The position numbers were made by a program, and so were the translations under genes. A DNA stretch of 35,820 nt, taken from Deltaproteobacteria bacterium (lineage in GTDB: Bacteria > Myxococcota_A > UBA9160 > JAFDET01). Below, piece after piece: positions 1-11,089 of this stretch. Location of the stretch: assembly GCA_019310195.1 (NCBI GenBank), contig JAFDET010000014.1:1-35820 (forward strand), read 5' to 3'. How positions within the stretch are numbered: the first letter of the stretch is position 1; every line of letters begins with the position of its first letter. The notes under the pieces were generated by a model, which saw nothing but the letters and a program-made list of their open reading frames with translations, did no database searches and was not told the DNA's origin.

Positions 1-114
1 GACGTGTCGTTCGAAGTCGCGCTGGACGACCTGGCGCCCGGCGAGTACCTCTACCTGCGCGTCGTGCAGCTCGGCGGCGGCGCCGCCTGGTCCAGCCCCT
101 TCTTCGTCGAGTGA
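1..114 (+). CDS. 3' end of a gene truncated by the window edge; C-terminus resembles DUF3604/PHP-associated metallohydrolase tails
   Basis: Frame 1 reads DVSFEVALDDLAPGEYLYLRVVQLGGGAAWSSPFFVE* with TGA at 112-114. The YLRVxQ...AWSSPxF ending is typical of these beta-sandwich C-termini. Confidence 0.6.
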   Translation, partial: DVSFEVALDDLAPGEYLYLRVVQLGGGAAWSSPFFVE

Positions 115-121
115 GGGTGAA

Positions 122-949
122 ATGGCGCGCCTGCATTTCTTCGAGTTCGAGGACCAGAGCTGGTTCCCCGGGCTGCTGCGCGCCCAGATGACCGACTACC
201 TGGTGTACGCCGTACGCCAGCTCCGGAGCTTTCCGTCCTACGCTGCGTCGCGTCTGGCGCCGGCGCTCCGCGCCCGGGGCCAGCGCCGGCTCGTGGACCT
301 GGGCTCGGGCAGCGGCGGCGTGATGCCCGAAGTGGTCCGCGCCCTGGCCGACGAGCAGGGGATCCAGGCGGGAGCCCTGCTCACGGACCGCTACCCCCAT
401 GGCGCACACGCCGCCGAGGTTCGCGAAGAGCCCACGGGCCGCGTCGACTTCCACCCGGATCCCGTCGATGCCACCCACGTCCCCGCGGATCTTCACGGCG
501 TGAGAACCCTGTTCCTCTCCTTCCACCACTTCCGCCCGGAACCCGCCCGCGAGATCCTCGCCGACGCGGTTCGCGCCGGCTCGGGCATCGCGATCTTCGA
601 GCTCACCGAACGCCGGCTCATCTCGATACTCGGCTCAGTGCCCGGCATCCCCGTCATGGTCCTGCTGCTCACGCCCTTCATGCGCCCGTTCCAGTGGAGC
701 CGGCTGCTCTTCACCTACCTGCTGCCGATCCTTCCGTTCCTGATCTTCTGGGACGGGCTCGTCTCGCACCTGCGCACCTACTCGGTCGCTGAGCTGGAGC
801 AACTGGTTGCGGAGCTGGACGCACCGGACTGGCACTGGGACGTGCGACGCGAACGCCTGCCCGGCATGCCCGCCGCGTGCACCTCGCTGGTGGGCTACCC
901 GCGCGCCGATCCGGCGCCGGAGTCGGCCAGCAGCACCTCGCGCTCGTAG
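122..949 (+). CDS. Class I SAM-dependent methyltransferase-like protein
   Basis: Motif I-like VDLGSGSGG, acidic TDRYP, VDAT and FHHF post-II motifs. N-terminus RLHFFEFEDQSWFP and a hydrophobic segment near the C-terminus. GAGG upstream of the ATG. Confidence 0.7.
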   Translation: MARLHFFEFEDQSWFPGLLRAQMTDYLVYAVRQLRSFPSYAASRLAPALRARGQRRLVDLGSGSGGVMPEVVRALADEQGIQAGALLTDRYPHGAHAAEVREEPTGRVDFHPDPVDATHVPADLHGVRTLFLSFHHFRPEPAREILADAVRAGSGIAIFELTERRLISILGSVPGIPVMVLLLTPFMRPFQWSRLLFTYLLPILPFLIFWDGLVSHLRTYSVAELEQLVAELDAPDWHWDVRRERLPGMPAACTSLVGYPRADPAPESASSTSRS

Positions 950-3204
950 TCGGCGAGGCTGCCGTGCGCCGCGAAGCGCGGCTGCCCGCACGCGGTCGCG
1001 CGATCCGGACGCGCCGCGGCGCCGCTGCGCTCGAGGAGCGTCTCCACCAGACGCCGCAGGGCCGCCAGGGGCTTGGCCTCGCCCTCGACCAGACGACGCG
1101 GGTCGAAGCGATCCGAGCGCAGGCGCACGACCTGAAGCGGGCGCTCGCCGCCCTCGCTGAAGTTGAGCGCCAGATCGACCAGCAGCACCGGCCGCTCGCG
1201 TCCCGGAAGCCGCACGGCCGCAGCCGACACGGCGTCGATCTTCTCGAAGCGCAGCCGGGTCTTGCCGCGTCCGTCGACCTCGAGGGAGAGCGAGTCCTCC
1301 CGCAGACGCAGGGGCACGGCCTCCATGACCCGCAACGGGCGCAGCAGCGGGGCCGGGGGCTCGAGCGGCGGCACGTCGACCGACGCAGACTCTTCCTGCG
1401 GAGCCTCGCTCGCCTGTGCGTCGTCCAGGGAGATCGTTCCCCAGTCGCTGCCACCCACGTCCTCCGAGACGGGCCCGACGTCGGAGCCCAGCGCGCTGGG
1501 GTCGAAGGTACCGGGCTCCACGCCGGCACCGGGGTCCGAGCTCTTGGGCGCAACCGCCTGCGGAAGCGGCGGCTCGGCCGACAGCGTCTCGGGCGGCGCG
1601 GCTTCGGACGCGAGCGCCGGATCGTGCAGCGGCTCCAAGCTGGGATCCGAGAAATCCCGCAACGCCGAATCCTCGTCGAGCCCCAGGTCTTCCAGGTCCA
1701 GGCCGTCCAGGTCCATCGGGTCGAGTGTGGCGCCCTGCACTTCCACGGCGGGCGACTCGGCGACGTCGCCCACCTCGTCCAGCAGGGCCTGGGCCTCGGC
1801 CGCCTCTGCGGGCGCGGCGCCGACCCGCGCCTTGCGGGCCGCCTCGCCGCACAGCCGCGGATCCAGGGGCCGGGCGGCACGCGCCAGGCGCAACGCCACC
1901 GTCGCGTTCAGCTCCGGCGATGCCAATCCGCGACGCAGGACCTCCGTCGCCAGGTTGCGATGCCCCTGCTGCACCAGCTCCTGCGCCAGCCGCAGGGCCA
2001 GAACCGGCTCGACCGGCAGCCCTTCGCCGCGTTGGGCGAACTCCATCCAGTGCTGCACCGCCAGCTCGGTCTCCCCCGCGCGCACTTCCTCACGGACCAG
2101 ACGCAGCAGGACCGGGGCGGCCTCATCGGCGCGTCCCAGCGCCACCGCTTGATCCCAGTAGACCTGGGCCGCCTCCCGATTCTTCGGGTCGCTGCGCACG
2201 ACACGCTGGAGCTGCGCGAAGGCCTCCTCCGTGCGGCCCTCCTCGGCGGCCTGCATGGCGGCCTCGACACCGTCGTTGGAGACCGCTCCGATCTTGCGCT
2301 CCACGACGCCGTCCATCCAGCGCTCTTCGATGTGCGCCACACGCAGGCCCATCGCCACCAACGCGCCGAAGGCGAAGCCTCCCACGTGCGCCCAGTAGGC
2401 GACGCCGGCGCCACCCATGGGGTTGACCTGCTCCGTGAGCCGGGCCGACAGGAACTCGCCGCCGAACCAGAGCGGCAGCATCAACCAGGCCGGGGCCGAG
2501 AAGGTGAAGCCCACGAAGACGAACCAGACCAGGTAACGCAATTTCGCGCGCCAGAAGCGCACCAGGAATGCGCCCATGCAGCCGGCCACCGCACCCGACG
2601 CGCCCACCAGGGGCGTCTCCAGGTGGGGGAAGCGGCTCATGAACAGGCCCGCGCCGGCCAGCCCGGCCAACAGGTAGAAGCACAGGAAGACCGGCCGCCC
2701 CCACTTGTCCTCGATGAAGGGACCGGTCAGGAACAGCAGCAGCAGGTTGCCGAGCAGGTGCCCCCAGCCGCCGTGCAGGAACATGTACCCGAACGCCCCG
2801 GCGAGGCTGGGGTGAGCGCTGATCAGGCCCCAGCGGAAGAAGGGATGCGCTGCGCGGACGACCGTGGCCTCCTCGACGTGGGTGTCGAGCTCCGCTTGCT
2901 CCTTCCGGCGCTGGAAGCGGGGCGGCGTCAGGACGCCCGCCTGCTCGCGCAGGGCCATGAGCCCCTCGCGCTGCTCCTCCCAGTCCGAGCCGAGGTAGGC
3001 TTCCAGTGCATCGGGAGGCATCAGGTACGGGTGCTCGGCGAAGTACTGCACCGCCTCCTGAATCTCCAGCGAGTACTGACGCCCGATGTCGCGATTGGAC
3101 GACTTGGTGACCAGGAAGACACCCAGGCAGGCCAGCATCAGCACGTACGTCACCCACGGATTGCGCCGCACGGTGCCCGAGTCGTGGCCGATGGGAAGAA
3201 GCAT
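895..3204 (-). CDS. Rhomboid-family intramembrane serine protease with TPR-like region, acidic linker and extra C-terminal domain (769 aa)
   Basis: Start reassigned to ATG 3204 (MLLPIGHD, AGGAG upstream). Motifs FLHGGWGHLLGN, catalytic GASG and AYWAHVGG. A helical repeat region follows the TM domain. Confidence 0.85.
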   Translation of the reverse strand: MLLPIGHDSGTVRRNPWVTYVLMLACLGVFLVTKSSNRDIGRQYSLEIQEAVQYFAEHPYLMPPDALEAYLGSDWEEQREGLMALREQAGVLTPPRFQRRKEQAELDTHVEEATVVRAAHPFFRWGLISAHPSLAGAFGYMFLHGGWGHLLGNLLLLFLTGPFIEDKWGRPVFLCFYLLAGLAGAGLFMSRFPHLETPLVGASGAVAGCMGAFLVRFWRAKLRYLVWFVFVGFTFSAPAWLMLPLWFGGEFLSARLTEQVNPMGGAGVAYWAHVGGFAFGALVAMGLRVAHIEERWMDGVVERKIGAVSNDGVEAAMQAAEEGRTEEAFAQLQRVVRSDPKNREAAQVYWDQAVALGRADEAAPVLLRLVREEVRAGETELAVQHWMEFAQRGEGLPVEPVLALRLAQELVQQGHRNLATEVLRRGLASPELNATVALRLARAARPLDPRLCGEAARKARVGAAPAEAAEAQALLDEVGDVAESPAVEVQGATLDPMDLDGLDLEDLGLDEDSALRDFSDPSLEPLHDPALASEAAPPETLSAEPPLPQAVAPKSSDPGAGVEPGTFDPSALGSDVGPVSEDVGGSDWGTISLDDAQASEAPQEESASVDVPPLEPPAPLLRPLRVMEAVPLRLREDSLSLEVDGRGKTRLRFEKIDAVSAAAVRLPGRERPVLLVDLALNFSEGGERPLQVVRLRSDRFDPRRLVEGEAKPLAALRRLVETLLERSGAAARPDRATACGQPRFAAHGSLADYEREVLLADSGAGSARG

Positions 3205-3279
3205 GGATCGCCGCTCCTGGGAAGAGTCCTCATCTGAACGGCTTTCCCCCCTGCGATCTGAAGCAGGATGGAGAGGCCG

Positions 3280-4286
3280 ATGAAGGGAATCCCCCGCGTC
3301 TCGGTCCTGATGCCGGTACGCGACGCCGCCGACACGCTGGGCGCCTGCCTGCGCAGCCTGCAGCGCCAGTCGTTCTCCGACTGGGAGTGCGTCCTGGTGG
3401 ACGATGGATCCCGGGACGCCAGCCTGGCGGTCGCGCGCGCGGCCCAAGCCCGGGACCCGCGAATCCGCGTGAGCGCGGCCGGGCGACACGGGATCGTGCC
3501 GGCCCTGAACCGGGGGATCGACTTGTGCCGCGGCGCGCTGGTGCTGCGCATGGACGCCGACGACCTGATGCACCGCGAGCGCCTGAGCGCCCAGTGGGCG
3601 GCGCTGGAGGCGGAGCCGCAGCTCGCCGCGGTAGGCTGCCACGTGCGGCTCTTCCCGCGCCGGGACCTGCGCCGCGGGAGCCGCGCCTACGAACGCTGGC
3701 TGAACCGCATGGCCGGTCCCGACGACGTGGAACGCGACGCCTTGATCGAATGCCCGCTGGCACATCCTACGTTGGCCATCCGGCGCGACGTGCTGCACGA
3801 GTACCGCTACCGCGACGCCCCCTGGGCGGAGGACTACGACTTGCTGCTGCGGCTGCTGGCCGACGGCCGGCGCCTGGGTGTCGTGCCCCGCCGCCTGCTG
3901 CTATGGCGCCACGGCGCCGAGCGGCTGTCGCGGAGCGACCCGCGCTACGCGCTGCCGCAATTCGTGGAATGCAAGGCAGCCTTCCTGGCCGAGGGCTTCC
4001 TGGCAGATGCCCCAGGCTACGTGCTCTGGGGCTACGGAGACACGGGCCGGGCCCTGCGCCGGGCCCTGGCCCGCCACGACCGCCACCCGGCCCACATCGT
4101 CGAGCTGCACCCGGGCCGTCTCGGGCAGACGATCCACGGAGCACCGGTGGTGGCTCCCGACGCGCTGCGCCAGCTGCCGCGACGCCCGCTGGTGGTCTCG
4201 GTGTCGGGTGAGGAGCCGCGCGCCCAGATTCGCGCCGCGCTCGCCGCCATGGATTTTCGCGAGCTGCACGACTTCGTCGTGGCAGC

Positions 4287-4290
<4 letters not shown>
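3280..4290 (+). CDS. Family 2 glycosyltransferase with C-terminal Rossmann-like domain (QTGAL/B3GNTL1-like architecture)
   Basis: [20 protein letters not shown] (DxD) and EDYDL motifs. C-terminal [19 protein letters not shown] precedes ATG 3280. Confidence 0.85.
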
Positions 4291-5635
<1,345 letters not shown>

Positions 5636-5639
<4 letters not shown>

Positions 5640-7024
5640 GCCGCACCCCGGAGTCCGGCCAGGAGCTTTTCTCCCCGGTCCAGCAGACGCGTTGCGGCGT
5701 CGGGCACGAAGGTCGACATCAGCACCTCGTAGGAGCGCTCCGCGCCGGGCTCGCGGAAGTTCTGGGGATGAGGAAGGTAGCGGAGCCAGCCGTTGGCGAT
5801 CCCGACCACGCACGCGTGAGGCGATGCCAGGCGCTCGCGCCACGCACCGCCCACGTCCACCGTGGGCTCCAAGGGCAGGCCCAGAAGCACCGCGTCCCCC
5901 AGCACCAGCACCTGCACCTCGACCTGGGGCTCCAGTCCGCCCGCAAAGCGGGCGGCGGTGCGATCGCGCAGGTAGCGGCGCGCCCGGGCGCGGCGCGCTC
6001 GGCACTCCTCGGCGGGCAGCTCGCGGGTGCGTTCGCCGGTGAGGGCGAAGAGCTCGCCGGTGCCCGCGTCTGAGTCGGGCGGCAGGTCCAGCGCGGCCAG
6101 GGCGTCGCGCCGCCCGGCCTCCAGGGCGGCCCGTGCCGCCTCGGAGCCGCCCTCGGCGCCGTGCACCGGAAGCGAGAGCCGCGCCGATGCCGCGGCCAGC
6201 GGCGCGTCCGCACGGGTGGTGATGCCCAGCGCGGTCTCGGCCACCGCCGCACCGACTTCGCGCCCCAGGGCCTGCATCTCCTCGAAGCTTGCGCCCAGGC
6301 TCTGCCCATCCACAGCCAGGTCCATGACGCCGCGCGTGCGCGGATCCACGTCGGCGTGGGAGGCCGGCGCAAACAAAGCCAGGGCGCCCGGCAGCGCCTC
6401 CTCCACGGTCCGGCTCGCGGCGCCCGGCCAGTCGGCGGAGTACTCCAGGTTCTCGTGCCCCAGCACCGTCGGGTGGCAGCCGTGCAGATAGAGCACGGCC
6501 CGCGGCGCGCCCTCGGCATCGTCCACGCGCACGACCACGACGCCCGGATCCAGGGGCCCCTCGGCGCTGCGCCGGTTGCGGCCGATGTGCGCCTCGCCCC
6601 GACCTACGCCCAGGCGCGCCGGAGCCGCCTCGGCCCACGCACGCTCCCCAGCCTCCACGGCGGCCTGCAAGAGGGGCTCCACGTGGCTCGGCGCCGCGGC
6701 GCCGGCCAGCAGGACGGCCAGGCCCGTGTCGGGCCCCGAGTGGGTGTGCGTGCAGCCCACCAGGATGCGCTCGGCGGCAAGGGCGGTGCGCGCGGCCAGG
6801 CGTGCACGCACCTCGTCCGCCTGGGCCGGCGCCATCAGGCACAGGTCGAGCTCCAGCAGCAACAGGTCGCGCTCGGGACCGGCGCTGTCGGCCAGGTAGA
6901 GCGCCCGCGCGTACAGCGGGTCGTGGCGCCCGGCGGCGCTCCCCTGCCGGGCGCCGTAGCCCATCATGGGGATGCCGAGGGGGGGATCGAGCGGAATTCG
7001 CGCAGCGCCGGCTCTGAGACTCAT
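5636..7024 (-). CDS. Neutral/alkaline ceramidase N-terminal-domain family amidohydrolase
   Basis: [27 protein letters not shown], zinc-site THTHSGP, GRNRR, CHPTVL, SADWPG and GIANGWLRY...YE motifs. Start at ATG 7024. Confidence 0.8.
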
Positions 7025-7089
7025 GGCGTGGATGATGGACAAACCACCGGGGGAGTGACAACCTCCGGCGATTGCCAACGGAGGCCAGC

Positions 7090-7668
7090 GTGACGGACGA
7101 GCGGGTTCTGGACAAGCGGCGGGAGGCTCTGGAGGAGGAGTTCTTCCAGCGCGAGAACGAGCGTCTGCGCGAGAAGCTGCGCGAGACCGAAGAGATGCTG
7201 GAGACCAGCCGTGAGCTGCATCGGGTCACCGGCATCGACGATTTCGACGTGCTGGTGAGGCTCGCCCAGCTGGGCGTCAAGGCCGACACCCTGGCCGCCA
7301 TCACCCTGGTGCCCCTGGTAGAGGTCGCCTGGGCCGACGGCAGGCTCCAGGAGCGCGAGAAGAAGGCGATTCTGGACGCGGCCCGCGACGCCGGCATCGA
7401 CCAGCGCCACCCGGCCTACGAGCTCTTCTCCAACTGGATGATCCACCGGCCCGCGCCGAAGATGGTGGACGCGTGGACGGCCTACATCCAGGGCCTGTCC
7501 GCGCACCTGGACGATTCCCAGCGCGCATCGCTTCGAGACAAGCTGATCGGCCGCGCCCGCGGCATCGCCGAGGCGGCCGGCGGCTTCCTCGGCCTGGGCA
7601 ACAAGATCTCGCCCGAGGAAGAGGCGGCGCTGGGGATGCTGGAGCGCGCCTTCGAGCGGGCGACCTAG
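7090..7668 (+). CDS. TerB-like domain protein with N-terminal charged helix
   Basis: TerB-type [15 protein letters not shown] and [22 protein letters not shown] motifs. GGAGG at 7080-7084 precedes GTG 7090. Confidence 0.65.
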   Translation: MTDERVLDKRREALEEEFFQRENERLREKLRETEEMLETSRELHRVTGIDDFDVLVRLAQLGVKADTLAAITLVPLVEVAWADGRLQEREKKAILDAARDAGIDQRHPAYELFSNWMIHRPAPKMVDAWTAYIQGLSAHLDDSQRASLRDKLIGRARGIAEAAGGFLGLGNKISPEEEAALGMLERAFERAT

Positions 7669-7670
7669 GG

Positions 7671-9569
7671 CTACGAGCCACCCGCCAGGCCGAGGCCGCG
7701 CAGGGCCTCGAGGATCTCGTCCAGGATCGCCGGATCGTCGATGGTGGCCGGCACCGCGAACGGCTCGCCATCGGCCATGCGTTGCATGACTCCGCGCAGG
7801 ACCTTTCCGGATCGCGTCTTGGGCAGCCGCTCGACGATGCACGCCTTCTTGAAGGCGGCCACGGGCCCCACCTGTTCGCGCACGCGCGCCACGACCTGGC
7901 GCACCACGGCCTCCGGCGCCGAGTCGCAGCCGGCCTTGAGGACGAGCAAGCCGATCGGAGCCTGTCCCTTGAGAGCGTCCGCCGCGCCGAAGACGGCGCA
8001 CTCGGCCACGTCGGGATGCCCGGCCAGCACCTCCTCCAGACGCCCCGTAGAGAGCCGGTGCCCGGCGACGTTGATGATGTCGTCGGTGCGGCTCATGATC
8101 CAGAGGTAGCCGTCCTCGTCGATGTGACCCGCGTCGCCCGTCTGGTAGAAGCCGGGGAAGCGCTCGAGATACGAGGACACGAAGCCGGCGTCGTTCTCCC
8201 ACAGGGTGGGCATGCAGCCCGGGGGCAGCGGCAGGCGGACCACCACGTGCCCGGTCTCGCCGGCCCCGAGCTCGCGGCCGTCCTCATCCAGGATGCGCAC
8301 GTCGTAGCCGGGCACCGGCAGGGTGGGCGAGCCCGGCTTGACCGGAAGCGCCTCGATGCCGAGGCAGTTGGCGGCCATGGGCCAGCCCGTCTCGGTCTGC
8401 CACCAGTGATCGATCACCGGCACGCCAAGGGCGCGCTGGCTCCAGACCACCGTGTCGGGGTCCGCCCGCTCGCCGGCGAGGAAGAGCGTGCGGAATGCAG
8501 ACAGATCGTGGCGCTTGGGCAACTCCGCGTCCGGGTCTTCGCGCTTGATGGCGCGAAGCGCCGTGGGCGCGGTGAAGAGCACGTTCACTCGGTGCTCTTC
8601 GGCCACGCGCCAGAAGGCCGCGGCGTCCGGCGTGCCCACCGGCTTTCCCTCGTAGAGAACGGTGGTGCAGCCATGGAGCAGGGGCGCGTACACGATGTAC
8701 GAGTGGCCGACCACCCAGCCGATGTCCGAGGCCGCCCAGAAGACGTCGCCCGGCGCGACGCCGTACACGTTCCGCAGGCTCCAGCACAGGGCGACGGCGT
8801 GCCCGCCGTGGTCGCGCACCACGCCCTTGGGCACGCCGGTGGTACCCGACGTGTAGAGGATGTAGAGGGGGTCGGTGGCCGCGAGCTCGACGCATGCGGC
8901 CGGCGCGGCGCCGTCGAATGCCTCGACCCAGTCCAGGTCGCGCCGGGGATCCAGCGCCGCGCGGGCCTGGGGCCGCTGCAGCACCACGCAGCGTTCGGGG
9001 GGCGCGTGGCTGGCCGCGATCGCCCCGTCCAGCAGCGGCTTGTACGCGACCACCCGGCCGGGCTCGATTCCGCAGGAGGCGGCCAGCACGAGCTTCGGGC
9101 AGGCGTCGTCGATGCGTTTGGCCAGCTCCTGGGAAGCGAAGCCCCCGAACACGACCGAGTGGACGGCGCCGATGCGCGCGCAGGCCAGCATGGCGATGAC
9201 CGACTCGGGCACCATGGGCATGTAGATCAGCACCCGGTCGCCCTTCTCCACACCCAGGGCCGCCAGCCCACCGGCCGTGCGGGCAACCCGATCGAGAAGC
9301 TCCGCATACGTGAAGGTCGCCGTGACGCCGGCAACCGGGCTGTCGTAGATCAGCGCGGCCTGCTCGCCGCGCCCGGCCTCCACGTGGCGATCCAGCGCGT
9401 TGTACGCGGTGTTCAGCGTGGCGCCGGGAAACCAGCGCACGAAGGGTGCGCGCGAGTCGTCGAGCACCCGGTCCCAGCGTCGGAACCAGTGCACCTCCTC
9501 AGCCGCCTCACCCCAAAACCCCTCGGGATCCTCCAGCGAACGCGCGTGCGCATCTCGAATGCCGCTCAT
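7671..9569 (-). CDS. prpE: Propionyl-CoA synthetase (acetate/propionate--CoA ligase)
   Basis: YILYTSGTTGVPKG, SDIGWVVGHSYIVY, DHWWQTETG, RTDDIINVAGHRLS and LPKTRSGK motifs. 632 aa. Confidence 0.88.
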   Translation of the reverse strand: MSGIRDAHARSLEDPEGFWGEAAEEVHWFRRWDRVLDDSRAPFVRWFPGATLNTAYNALDRHVEAGRGEQAALIYDSPVAGVTATFTYAELLDRVARTAGGLAALGVEKGDRVLIYMPMVPESVIAMLACARIGAVHSVVFGGFASQELAKRIDDACPKLVLAASCGIEPGRVVAYKPLLDGAIAASHAPPERCVVLQRPQARAALDPRRDLDWVEAFDGAAPAACVELAATDPLYILYTSGTTGVPKGVVRDHGGHAVALCWSLRNVYGVAPGDVFWAASDIGWVVGHSYIVYAPLLHGCTTVLYEGKPVGTPDAAAFWRVAEEHRVNVLFTAPTALRAIKREDPDAELPKRHDLSAFRTLFLAGERADPDTVVWSQRALGVPVIDHWWQTETGWPMAANCLGIEALPVKPGSPTLPVPGYDVRILDEDGRELGAGETGHVVVRLPLPPGCMPTLWENDAGFVSSYLERFPGFYQTGDAGHIDEDGYLWIMSRTDDIINVAGHRLSTGRLEEVLAGHPDVAECAVFGAADALKGQAPIGLLVLKAGCDSAPEAVVRQVVARVREQVGPVAAFKKACIVERLPKTRSGKVLRGVMQRMADGEPFAVPATIDDPAILDEILEALRGLGLAGGS

Positions 9570-9575
9570 ACGCAA

Positions 9576-9581
9576 ACCTTA
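9576..9581 (-). promoter_or_regulatory. Putative -10 element (TAAGGT) 6 nt upstream of the prpE ATG, leaderless-type
   Basis: Minus strand reads ...gcagTAAGGTttgcgtATG, with no Shine-Dalgarno. Confidence 0.5.
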
Positions 9582-9740
9582 CTGCATAGAGCGACGTTCC
9601 TGCACAACTGCACCCAGTACCACTCCTGCATTCAGGGACGTTCCTGCGTAACTGCATGCGGTGCCACCACTAGCAGGACTGGTACTGGGTGCAGTTGTGC
9701 AGGAACGTCCCTCAGTGCAGGACTGGCACTTTGTGCAGGT
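9582..9740. repeat. Palindromic intergenic repeat element, copy 1 (REPIN/MITE-like, 44-bp unit)
   Basis: AACTGCA recurs at 9606 and 9650 (44-bp period). 9593-9629 and 9673-9709 are reverse complements at 36/37 positions. Homologous to 24364-24494. Confidence 0.9.
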
Positions 9741-11089
9741 CAGCGGCGGCGGGGGGAGTAGCTGCCGGCTTCGGGCTGGCGGCGGCCGCACCAGGGGCAG
9801 AAGTGCCAGGAGCTCTTCGACACCGGCCAGCGACAGCGGGCGCAGCGATCCGGCAGGTCGGGATGGCTCCAGGGGCGGCCGGGCTTGCGCTTGCAGACGG
9901 GGCAGTAGCGCATGAATACCTGGAGCTCGCCGGCGCAGCCGCGGCGCGCGCAGTGGCGCACCGCCTTGGAGTCGCGGCGAAGACGCCGGCCGTTCGATTG
10001 GAAGCGGCCCTTGTAGCACCACGGGCAGTAGCTCCACTCGGGCCGCACGCCCCGCTCGCACTCGGGGCACACCATCGGGTAGCTCGAGACGTCGAGGAAC
10101 GACTGCTCGGCGGCCCCGCACCACGGACAGTGGCGCATCGCCTCGGCGATCGGCCCGCTGCACTGCCGGCACTGGTACCGCATGCCCAGGGTGCGCCCGT
10201 GGGCACGGCCGAAGAGCTGGGCCTGGATGGCCAGGGGCGAGGGAGCCTCGCGCTTGCGGCGCCGGCGGCGAGGGCGCACGGGCGCCGCGTCCGCCTCCAC
10301 CCTGCGGAACGCGGCCTCCAGGGCCTCGTGAAAGACCACGGCGTCCGGGTAGCGGCGCCGCGGCTGGAACTCCATGGCCTTGCGCAGCACCTTGCGCACG
10401 GGCTCGGGAGCCTTGAAACGGAAGCGGGCGTAGCCTTCGGGCGGCCACTCGAAGGGCCAGCCGGGACGGACCCCGGTCAACAGCTCGTAGGCGATGAGGC
10501 CCAGGCTGAAGACGTCGGAGCTCATGGAGGGCTTGCCGTAGGCCTGCTCGGGCGCGATGAAGCCCAGCGTCCCGGCCTCGGTGTAGGTGGCGGTGGAGCT
10601 CTTGGCGAATCGCGACACGCCGAAGTCGCACAACGCCGCGCGGCCGTCGGGCAGAATCAGGATGTTCTCGGGCTTCACGTCCCGGTGCAGGATGCGCTGG
10701 CGATGAGCGTGGGCCAGCCCGGCGGCGGCGTCGCGGATCACGCCGAGCGCCACCTTCGCCGAACGGCGCGCCTTCGGGTACGCGTCCAGGTGGGTCGTAG
10801 CCAGATCCGCAGCCATCACGAAGCGGCCGTCGATCCAGTCGGCGTTGCGAGCGCCGACGATGTTGGGGTGCTCCAGGCGCGCGGCGATCCGGGCCTCGTG
10901 CTCGACCTCGGCCCGGCCCCACTCGGCCACGACGCCGGCGTGCGCCACCTTCAGCGCCACCGGCCGTCGCTCGACGAGGTCGGTGGCCTTCCAGACGTCT
11001 GCGAAGCTTCCGCTGCCGATGCGCGACTCGAGCCGGTACTTGCCCAGCAATGAGCCCCGTCGCAGGGCACTCTTCTCTCGTTGAACCAA
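9740..11089 (-). CDS. Hanks-type Ser/Thr protein kinase with four C-terminal zinc-ribbon repeats
   Basis: IGSGSFADVW, VALK, HRDVKPEN, DFG, APE and DVFSLG motifs. Tail has eight Cys pairs (CRQC/CPWC, CPEC/CPWC, CARRGC/CPVC, CARC/CPWC). TTG start with GGAGAGG upstream. Confidence 0.9.
   Translation of the reverse strand: MVQREKSALRRGSLLGKYRLESRIGSGSFADVWKATDLVERRPVALKVAHAGVVAEWGRAEVEHEARIAARLEHPNIVGARNADWIDGRFVMAADLATTHLDAYPKARRSAKVALGVIRDAAAGLAHAHRQRILHRDVKPENILILPDGRAALCDFGVSRFAKSSTATYTEAGTLGFIAPEQAYGKPSMSSDVFSLGLIAYELLTGVRPGWPFEWPPEGYARFRFKAPEPVRKVLRKAMEFQPRRRYPDAVVFHEALEAAFRRVEADAAPVRPRRRRRKREAPSPLAIQAQLFGRAHGRTLGMRYQCRQCSGPIAEAMRHCPWCGAAEQSFLDVSSYPMVCPECERGVRPEWSYCPWCYKGRFQSNGRRLRRDSKAVRHCARRGCAGELQVFMRYCPVCKRKPGRPWSHPDLPDRCARCRWPVSKSSWHFCPWCGRRQPEAGSYSPRRR

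Noticed and set aside
877-3237. Long antisense ORFs (877-3237 +, 7473-9761 +, 30677-32920 -, 32989-34830 - and many Arg/Pro/Gly-rich frames)
   Set aside because: Shadow frames of real genes in high-GC DNA, with no family motifs.
9582-9740. Repeat element as a CRISPR array, tRNA or intrinsic terminator
   Set aside because: Units are contiguous and inverted rather than direct repeats with unique spacers. No cas genes, no cloverleaf or T-loop motif, and no clear U-tract after the stems.
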